Of a DNA stretch of 64,000 nt, positions 54,910-64,000 are shown one piece after another (position 1 is the first letter of the stretch; every line of letters begins with the position of its first letter). The translations under genes and the position numbers were made by a program. The stretch is taken from NCBI GenBank assembly GCA_049724395.1, contig JAUGWO010000013.1, forward strand, positions 62,001-126,000. The letters are read 5' to 3'. Origin of the DNA: Spongospora subterranea f. sp. subterranea (lineage: Eukaryota). Below the pieces are notes generated by a model that saw nothing but the letters and a program-made list of their open reading frames with translations, had not been told where the DNA came from and did not search any database.

Positions 54910-55867
54910 TTCTCCGGGTTACGAAATCACAAATACGATTTGCATTCGCGTTAAGTCAATCACCCCTGAACAAACAATTCCAGACAGCAGAGCGACCGTG
55001 AATCTGTGTTGTGATTGTTCACGGTTGATTATACGAACGTGACTGGTTTCAGTAAAATGGGAATGATATGAAGATACTGGTATTGGCTTTACATTACCCA
55101 CTGTGAACCCAACTTGACCACACGCACCAATTACCTCCCGCCACTCATCACTTACACATCTCGGGATACACTCCAATTATGCCTCGAAATGATTCCAGAA
55201 CCTGATTCCAGAAAAGTCGCTGAAGTCGATGAGCAATTCTCCAAGACCTATGAAAGACCTACGAGATAATGTTCGTTCGATTAACAAAGCGAGGTTCTCG
55301 TCATGGGATGAGATGTTGATCATGAACACTTATCCGTCACGAAGCGTGGCATCTCAACATTTTTTTACCACGTATCGAGTTTCGACGGTTCTTGGAAAAC
55401 GACTAACAGCGCTGCCTTGAGAACGCAAGCTGTCCGGGCGACCCTATACTCCTCGTGAGTCTGGGCCATTTCTGAACCAGTTACTGAAGATGTGCTGGAA
55501 ATAAAGCTCGGGATGATGGTGAAAGGGAAACACTACGGTTTTGGTTTGCAGTATTAGCTCAAAATACCATCATTACATTTTCACACTTGATAGTCCTCGC
55601 CTATAGAAGATCAGAGCACAATTCAGATCTCTTCCGATCTGCGCATGATTTGTTTTTTTCAGATGCAACGCCTCCATTATTGATTTTTGACGAGATCGTG
55701 GGCATTCTGAATTGGTCTCTGAATCGTAGTCTTTTTGGGCACTGATTGTTCAGTATCTGTTATCCGTTGTTTGTCAAAGACACGCTTCCAATGAATGTTA
55801 TGCAATTTATATATACAACAGTGAGACTTTCAATTGAACATATTCCATTTACCATGCGACGACCTCA

Positions 55868-57524
55868 TCAAGCCGGTAGCGCCACATCGCTGAGGGCTTC
55901 CGAGTCGTCGCGATCTAGGAGGCGTTGAGAGCCAGCTGTCCTTAGTGAGAGGAGAGCAACGCCCACGACCGTGATAGACATGCCGAGCGCGAATACTGCC
56001 AGACGCCATGGCGAAAGCGTCCTGTATTCTTTGAAAAACACCAAGCCGGATAATACACTCCCCAGAAGCCAACATAGCTGAAATACCTGAACAGGAATTA
56101 ATTGTTCATACAGCATCTCAAATGCAACTGTGGATTTTAGATCGTGTATGGAACGCGACGCAAACAATGCTTCAAAAGAAAATGACCAATAACTGTTTTG
56201 GTTTCGAAATGAGTATAAAGATTCCAATGACGTTGCTATGTCTGAATCAGGTACTTACCGGGACGACGTAAGAAGCGTCGAATAATTTTAAGGCAGAGTT
56301 CAAGACTTTGAACTGGAAAAAGATGGAGGTGACGAGTCCCAGTAATATCTACAGTAAATCAGGGGACAAATCTGGACCGGATTCGCCAGGTAATTACGAG
56401 ATATGGCCAGATTGAGGAGAGCATGGAAGCCGATGACTGTTGGACCATGGCCAGCAGTAGCTCAGCGATGCACTTGGCGAACAGAACATTCCACGATCCA
56501 ATCACGCCGCTGAAAACCATTCCGGATTAGTGTATTCGTGATACAATATTATGGCAGGAACGGCTTTGCAAAAGAGTCAACCAAAACATTCGATAAAACC
56601 ACAGCCGCTTATAAAACTTGGAAGTCCGTTAACTTGATGAAGATGGATTTACCTCATGGCCGATATTGAGAACCGAAAAAATCGTGCTCGATAGGCTGGA
56701 TTTTGGGCCCTTTTAAGCCTTTTTTCTACGAAGATGACATGACCCAGGAAGGCCATGATGCAAACGACCACGGCGACGTAGATAAGAAAATCGAGGGACA
56801 GATACAAGTTGAACAGGTTGTCGATGCTGTGAATTTCACTATTGTGTCGGGCGGCGATAACGGCCACGAGCGTGCCGAACACGAGAACGGCGGTGCTGGT
56901 GACTTCCATCGTTGAAACTGGTTCATCTAATAGATACCGGGCACAAACGATATTGAACACCAGCGTCATGGTCCCGGTTGGCGCTATGATGATTTGAGGT
57001 GCCATGCCTAACGCTGCCTGTAATTCAGTCAAAATAATTTTCGAATGAAAAAGACCAGGAAGCAGAATAAATATGTTCTCAAAATGACGATTATAAACAG
57101 GTTGGAACTTTTTTTGTGTTCAAATAAGCGTCAATTCGTCAAAGAACTGCTGAACGAGATACTGAATTGTGAACTGATTTGGGGACTGCGTGCTGTTATT
57201 CATCACCAATAAAATCGAGGACACTGGCGCTAGCGACAAGCGCCATTCCTGATATCCACATATTCTGGCGATAGTATTTCCTGGATATTCTGGGATCCTC
57301 AAATATGAGATCCGGATCAGCCAGACCATGATGAGACATCCTCAATGCCCTCCTCGTATGGGCTAGTTTCTATCAGGGCTGGTGTTCAGCAGAGAACAAG
57401 CAAAATAAAAGGAACTTTTAGATACCTGGAGGCAGATGCCGACTGCCGACATGCACGAGGCGATGAGCGCCACCCCAACACCAACCAGGGCCAAACTGTT
57501 CGGTAGAGGTTCGATTCCCATCAT
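55868..57524 (-). CDS. NIPA-like magnesium transporter (DMT superfamily)
   Basis: AVGICLQKLAH, MWISGMAL, APQIIIAPTG, VLFAKCIAELL, GLVFFKEY; multiple TM segments. Confidence 0.85.
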
Positions 57525-59455
57525 GGCGGTAACCACGAGTCAATGATGAGAGAGCCTCAGCAGGTGGAGCTGGTTTGAGGAGGAATTTAAGGGAGACTGA
57601 GTACGAAAGCGGGTGTGTGTTTTCTGGCGGGTGAAGGTAAAATACAGGGGCGAACGCCACGCCAACTCAACTGGCACAGGAATGGATTTTGAGAGAATCT
57701 GCTGTGACGGAATAGAGATTCTCTGGGTATTTCATCACAAGATCGTTCGGTTTACATTCATGGGGATACTGCGTCCTTTTCGTTGAACTATCTGTGGGTC
57801 TGTTCTGAGTACCTACAGAAATTGAGTTATGTATTATTTCTGAATGATAATCGATTAGTCAAAAGAGTGTATTCCCCCATCATTCCAGTGCGCATCCCCT
57901 GTAAATTGTCTCAATTTTTTTGAGCCGAGATTAATGATCTGGACAGAATGATGCCGCCCCTCTGACCAATAATTAGCTGAAAACGTACCGACGTGCTTCG
58001 TTGGGTTCCGCCACAATCAAATAGTTGTTCGACAGCGCACACCTTTACATTATGATCACACTTTATTAGTTTTTTAATTCTGAGATCACAACTTGATAAG
58101 CCTCCACGTTCAGTTAAACCTTACACTCGAGTACGTTCTGAGTGAACTTTCTATTCGCATTTCTCTTCAATTGCTTCTCGCCTGTTTGCGTATAATCATT
58201 TTTTCCATTCATCCCGCATTCCCCAGTATAATCGGCCATACGAGTCGCCTTGCAGCGTCAAACGCTCCATTCCATCACCCGGAAAGTTCGCGAACAGATC
58301 TGACCCCCTGACGGTACCAGTCTTTCTGCATTGACACCAACTTTCTTTCCTGTTTTGGCAGCAGAACTTCAACTTTACACCTAAAGTCGTCAATAGGTCT
58401 GGGAAAGAGCTACAGGAAACGCATTGGTCTGATTTCTGAAGGCGGCGGTGTCTCGCCGTCACTTTGGCATGGTGAGATAAAAGAAGACCAAGCCTTTCTA
58501 AGTCAACATCACAGCCGCAACCAAAAGGGGACTGAACACGTCGCAGCAGGTGGCAACGTCAAGCCGTCACGATTAAAGGTAGCGCCATCAGAGCACTGAT
58601 ATTGACCACACGATACTGCGGTTACTGTCACGCTTTGTGGACGTCAAGTCATCAAGGGTCTGTCACCAATGAATCCCTTTCTGACTTTTGTCATGACGTC
58701 GTGTATTGGATTGTGAAAAGCGCATTGAAGGGTTGGGATAAACTAGTAGGGGGGATACGATGGTTCGTTGAGCCTCACGAGTTACGAGGCCGCCGATCAT
58801 CCAATAAGCGAGGGACTTCAATTTTGATTGTAAAGATTTAGCATTGTTTATCAATATGGATGTGATCAGGAATTTTCACTTGAAAAATCAAAGTGGAATG
58901 CTCGCTGTTTTCCTCTTCCTAATCAACAGAATACCCTTTTGTGACCAATGGGATGTTCATTCCGGATTCATTGTTGCTGGTTATGCATTCAAATTGCGCG
59001 ATATCGGGGTTATGATTACCGCCAATTTGAAATTTCTTAAATCGGCCATCTAATGTTGTAGCACCTTCTTGGAAAAAAGATGACTCGGCATGATATCTTT
59101 TTTATCAAAGACGACCAGATTGGCAATCACTTGTTTACAGTCTGATCATCTGTACAGAACATATCAGGCTCTTCAGTAATACCATCATGAGCAACAATTA
59201 AAATACTCAAGTGTCTACAATAGATTAGACCTGTCACCATATTGTGACCCTCAAAGGTTATCAAGCTCATGATCATAGGTCATTTCTGGCCACAAATTTG
59301 AACGTATGCAGAGGGATATTTCGGCGAAAGGGTTATCGCTCGAAATTTGTGGTGGTAATGTATTGACCGATAAATTCTACTGCCAACGGCCGTTTGGCGC
59401 CCGATAAGGATTACCGCCCGTGATTCCAGCTCATTACAATATTGATCGTTTTGAA

Positions 59456-59923
59456 ATGGATCAATCTGATTTGGATGAGCTCATGTCTCACAGCTTCTTC
59501 GCTGCGACACCTCATCCTCCGCTTGACTCGGGGAGTTTATTTTCGCTGATCCAAGAGATGGGATTGACTGCCTTTGAGGCGCGAAGTCACGCCGAAAACA
59601 TGGTGAAATTCGTTGCCAAACCCGGCAACGATTGTGTCGAACAGAAATGCCACGAAAGCATTAAAATCCTGGTGTCGATATTGGCGTTTATAGAGCAATT
59701 CATTGATTATCAACAGCGAAGGCTCGGGATTGTGATCAATTCACGGATCGTTGACGTAGTTTACACATGCGTATGCTATCTAAACAATTTCCCAGTTGAG
59801 ATCACAATCGAGTCGGTGATATCATCACCTATTGATGAGAACCCGCTATTTGGATGGTACGATGCCACAACGTCATTCCCCGACTTTTCACACGCTATCG
59901 ATCGCTGTACATCTCCAAACTAA
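59456..59923 (+). CDS. Uncharacterised 'ELDELMSH' family protein, 155 aa (right-arm copy)
   Basis: Intact ORF; one synonymous difference from the left-arm copy. Confidence 0.7.
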   Translation: MDQSDLDELMSHSFFAATPHPPLDSGSLFSLIQEMGLTAFEARSHAENMVKFVAKPGNDCVEQKCHESIKILVSILAFIEQFIDYQQRRLGIVINSRIVDVVYTCVCYLNNFPVEITIESVISSPIDENPLFGWYDATTSFPDFSHAIDRCTSPN

Positions 59924-60478
59924 TACCACAATCAATTTCATCGTTCAGTAATTATTACACAATTTCATTGATTGAAGCGACCAGCCCAGAAGTTCAGAAC
60001 ACAAAAGGCCTAAACTGCATGAAATAAAGCCAGAAGCAATTAATATAAAGGTGCCGACTTATTACAATATGTCGTTTTCAGCGATTAATGTCCATAAAGC
60101 ACAAACCTTGTACAGTATGAACGTCTCGGGCAACTGATATATATATACACTAATGTACATACGCTGACTGCACGTGGACATTGTCGATCACTGGATCATG
60201 TTTGAGGATCGCTGAGGACTGCAATTGTACAATCAACAACACTGAAAAACAGGACATTGTCATTTAAAAGATTAACTTTTCACGATCAAATCTGGCGCCA
60301 AATTCCATCCTAATCAGCAGTGAATTCGAAACAATAGCATGGTTCAATACGTTCATGATTGTATTATTAACAGGCTAATCAATGCTTCGTTGAGTTTGAT
60401 GCATTGTCGGCAAAGGCAACCGTGCGATTGTGCGGGTTTTCTTCCTTTTCTTAGGGTCTGACATCAATCCCCGATAAT

Positions 60479-60979
60479 GCTGAAAACGACATATCGTAAT
60501 AAGTCGGCACCTTTTTGATTAATTGCTTCTGGCTTTTTTTCATGCAGTTTAGGCCTTTTGTGTTCTGAACTTCTGGGCTGGTCGCTTCAATTAATGAGAT
60601 ACTTTTAGATTCTAAATTGTGTAATAAATACTGAACGATGAAATTGATTGTGTTATTAGTTTGGACATGTACAGCGAGCAATAGCATTTGAAAAGTCGGG
60701 GAATGACTTGATGGCATCGTACCATCCAAATAGCGGGTTCTCATCAATAGGTGATGATGTCACCCATTCGATTGTGATCCCTTCTGGAAATTTGTTTAGG
60801 CAACAGACGCATGTGTAAACTGCGTCAACGATCCGTTCAATGATCAGGAATCAATGAATTGCTCTATAAACGCCAACATCGACACCAGGATTTTTAATGA
60901 GCTGGAATCACGGCCGGTAATCCTTATCGGGCGCCAAAACTGCCGATGGCAGTAAGTTTTACCGGCCAGTACACTACCA
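60479..60979 (-). pseudogene. Internally deleted antisense family copy; a further + strand fragment lies at ~60980-61130
   Basis: Reverse complement of 59353-60082 with two deletions. Confidence 0.88.
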
Positions 60980-61198
60980 ATGCTCGGGCTCGTGATTAAT
61001 GAACGGATCTTTGACGTAATTTACCCATGCGTCTGCTACCTCAACAAATTTCCACAGAGACCACAATTGAATGGGTGATATCGTCATCTGGTCGTTAATA
61101 TTGGACACGCGAGCGACATCGTCGGAATCAGAATGGACAGATGTGAGGATTATCTCATCTGTCTTTACTCTTTACCTGTGAAGTCCTCGCGGCCACGT

Positions 61199-62230
61199 CT
61201 ATTGCGGCAACAGAGTGACGGAAGAGGGCGTGACGTCCTCAATCTGTCAGTGACGGAAGACGGCGTGACGTCCTCAATCTGTCAGACACTCCTATTGCGG
61301 CAACAGAGTGACGGAAGAGGGCGTGACGTCCTCAATCTGTCAGTGACGGAAGAGGGCGTGACGTCCTCAATCTGTCAGTGACGGAAGACGGCGTGACGTC
61401 CTCAATCTGTCAGCCACTCCTATTGCGGCAACAGAGTGACGGAAGAGGGCGTGACGTCCTCAATCTGTCAGCCACTCCTATTGCGGCAACAGAGTGACGG
61501 ACGGCGTGACGTCCTCAATCTGTCAGCCACTCCTATTGCGGCAACAGAGTGACGGAAGAGGGCGTGACGTCCTCAATCTGTCAGCCACTCCTATTGCGGC
61601 AACAGAGTGACGGAAGAGGGCGTGACGTCCTCAATCTGTCAGCCACTCCTATTGCGGCAACAGAGTGACGGAAGACGGCGTGACGTCCTCAATCTGTCAG
61701 CCACTAAACGTCCCCTATTGCGGCAACAGAGTGACGGAAGAGGGCGTGACGTCCTCAATCTGTCAGCCACTCCTATTGCGGCAACAGAGTGACGGAAGAC
61801 GGCGTGACGTCCTCAATCTGTCAGCCACTCCTATTGCGGCAACAGAGTGACGGAAGACGGCGTGACGTCCTCAATCTGTCAGCCACTCCTATTGCGGCAA
61901 CAGAGTGACGGAAGACGGCGTGACGTCCTCAATCTGTCAGCCACTCCTATTGCGGCAACAGAGTGACGGAAGACGGCGTGACGTCCTCAATCTGTCAGCC
62001 ACTCCTATTGCGGCAACAGAGTGACGGAAGACGGCGTGACGTCCTCAATCTGTCAGCCACTCCTATTGCGGCAACAGAGTGACGGAAGACGGCGTGACGT
62101 CCTCAATCTGTCAGCCACTCCTATTGCGGCAACAGAGTGACGGAAGACGGCGTGACGTCCTCAATCTCTCAGCCACTCCTATTGCGGCAACAGAGTGACG
62201 GAAGAGTGCGTGACGTCCTCAATCTGTCAG
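61199..62230. repeat. 58-bp minisatellite (reverse complement of 41292-42201), roughly 19 units
   Basis: Same unit, with different order and number of variants. Confidence 0.97.
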
Positions 62231-62342
62231 TCAGGCGCAGTCATTAGAGAGTGTTCGGTACAGTTCGCAATTCGTTTTTCGGATTTCCTGACTGCATTGG
62301 TAGCTCAGCAGCTCATCCCCAAATATTCAATCTTGTCCGGAA

Positions 62343-62423
62343 ATGTCGTGAAGCAAATCGAAGTCGACGGCCAAGAACTTAGTGGCTGGGGGCATGGCTG
62401 GCGTAGTTTAAACCGATGTGGTT
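62343..62423 (+). pseudogene. Dead copy of citrate carrier exon 1 (also at ~41102-41180 on the minus strand)
   Basis: ATG TCG TGA AGC... reads MS*SKSKSTAKNLVAGGMAG versus MSGSKSKSTAKNLVAGGMAG in the intact gene. Confidence 0.9.
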
Positions 62424-62843
62424 CTGCAGGTTCTCTTTCTTGTCCCGGAGAATCGAGTATGTCTTTAAGTGCAGCGATTTCCTGATCACTATCATAGCAA
62501 GATGGTACTTGTTCTTTGAAAGAGTGAACGAGTTGCTCGTTAAATTTCACAGTATTTACAACAACTGTATAAATAACAGTACTGTAGATATATATACACT
62601 TGAGTGTGTTTACAAGTGACTGCGCACAGTGTTGGATCAATTTGGATCCAAATTGAGTCCTGCCACGGCGTGACGTCCTCAATCTGTCAGCCACGCCTAT
62701 TTCGGCAAGTCTACAGAGTACAGACTACAGAGACTCTACAGAGTGACGGGAGACGCGCGTGACCTCCTCAATCCGTTAGTCAGGCGCAGCCATTGTAGTT
62801 CACACATCCCCAAATATTCAATCTTGAATTTTATTATCCGGAA

Positions 62844-64000
62844 ATGTCGGGAAGCAAATCGAAGTCGACGGCCAAGAATTTAGTGGCTGGGGGCATGGCC
62901 GGCGTACGTTAAAACGGCGTGGTTGTTTGATGTCGCGTTTATCCATGCGCAATTGCCCAGGCAATCGAGGCGTGCATCATGTATCCAACCGAGTTCGTTA
63001 AGACGCAGCTTCAGTTGGCATCTCGATCTTCAGGGTCGACGGCGACGCTATTCACAACCCCATTTGGATGTTTGAAATATACGGTTCGAACTCACGGGAT
63101 CCTGGGCCTTTATTCGGTAAATAACTAGATGCCAAGCTTGTTCCTTTCCTCTGTTTCCCACACTCGGCATTGGTATTCCACTGTGGTTTCTGACATTTCG
63201 CGTTTTGAACCAATCGATTGGGTGTAAAGGAATTTCCCCTGTATTTACCTGGTTTATTCATGAATGTAGCGATGTTTGTGGTCGTAATTTGTATTTGATA
63301 GGAAGCTTTGTAGTCTGATATACTCACACCGCAACAGGGTTTGTCGACGCTTATCGTGGGAAGTATACCGAAAGCGGCTGTTCGATTCGCGGCGTTCAAT
63401 GAGCTGTCAAAATTTCTGCAAGGAGCTGATGGCAAATTATCAACGGCCTCCACAATGTGTTGCGGTCTTGGTGCTGGTGTCGTTGAAGGTTAGTCTACAT
63501 TTATGGTAGTTGATTCTAGGTGGAAAGTTTTTGTTGCCCTTTTACGCGCACGCTCTCAACTCACCTTTCAAGGAGTTTCTTGTTTCTGTTTTGATCCTGA
63601 CGGTATTTTGTAGCGGTCGTCGCGGGTAAGTGAGAACTTGAAGCGACTTGTTTGTGGCATCTCATTCATTTTTTGGTGTTTTTTTTGTGTGCTATTCTCA
63701 GTAACGCCGATGGAAACTGTTAAGGTAACTCATCGGTGTAGTTTGGTGCTAATTGCGTGGGTGATGATGCGACATTTCATTCAGACAAAACTCATCGATG
63801 ATCGAAATCGTGCTCAGCCCAAGTATCGGGGTTTGTTTCATGGTGTCTCTGAAATTGTCAAGGCCGAAGGAATTCGGGGGGTTTACGCTGGCGTTGTCCC
63901 TACAATGGTCAGTGTTGTGCGAGCTAGCCTTTGGGACTTTCGGCTAACCCAAGCATAAACAGCTGAAGCAAGGATGCAATCAAGCAGTAAGGTCGGGTGC
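62844..64000 (+). CDS. CTP1: Mitochondrial tricarboxylate/citrate carrier (SLC25A1/Ctp1-like), runs off the window end
   Basis: LVAGGMAG, YPTEFVKTQLQL, GSIPKAAVRF, TPMETVKTKLIDD...PKYRG, KQGCNQAVR. Confidence 0.92.

Larger units (their letters stand above)
59127..62419 (+). repeat. Right arm of long inverted repeat (partner 41102-44539)
   Basis: Starts TCACTTGTTTACAGTCTGA and ends in a citrate-carrier exon 1 copy. Confidence 0.96.

Noticed and set aside
41093..62428. 9-bp TSD around the whole cassette (AGTTGTGCA at 41093-41101 vs GGTTCTGCA at 62420-62428)
   Set aside because: Only 7/9 identical, and the GGTT part is explained by homology to the carrier intron; too weak to call a Mutator/foldback insertion.
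61133..62485. Repetitive ORFs within the minisatellites (also 41139-42267)
   Set aside because: By-products of a 58-bp unit that is not a multiple of 3; frequent stops.

Overview
Gene-dense eukaryotic DNA with many short GT-AG introns. A protist origin, possibly a plasmodiophorid plant parasite, is my inference from intron style and a secreted CBM18 protein; it is not proven. Recognisable genes: GT61 glycosyltransferase, eIF3d, UBC4/5, class I PDE, EEP-family sphingomyelinase, GDA1/CD39 apyrase, Dabb protein, two tRNA-His, a CLASP-N protein, HBS1, HIRA, a two-domain CBM18 secreted protein, lipin, a NIPA-like transporter and the mitochondrial citrate carrier. The most unusual structure is a pair of ~3.3-3.4 kb inverted arms (41102-44539 and 59127-62419) bracketing ~14.6 kb of genes. 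Each arm holds an intact 155-aa ORF of an uncharacterised, possibly cyclin-like family, an antisense internally deleted copy of that ORF (a built-in hairpin), a 58-bp minisatellite that appears to have expanded from the citrate-carrier promoter, and a dead copy of citrate-carrier exon 1. Four more copies of the ORF family at 4-7 kb also sit as inverted pairs. Exon boundaries and ends of spliced genes are approximate; all comparisons were made by eye and no database searches were run.
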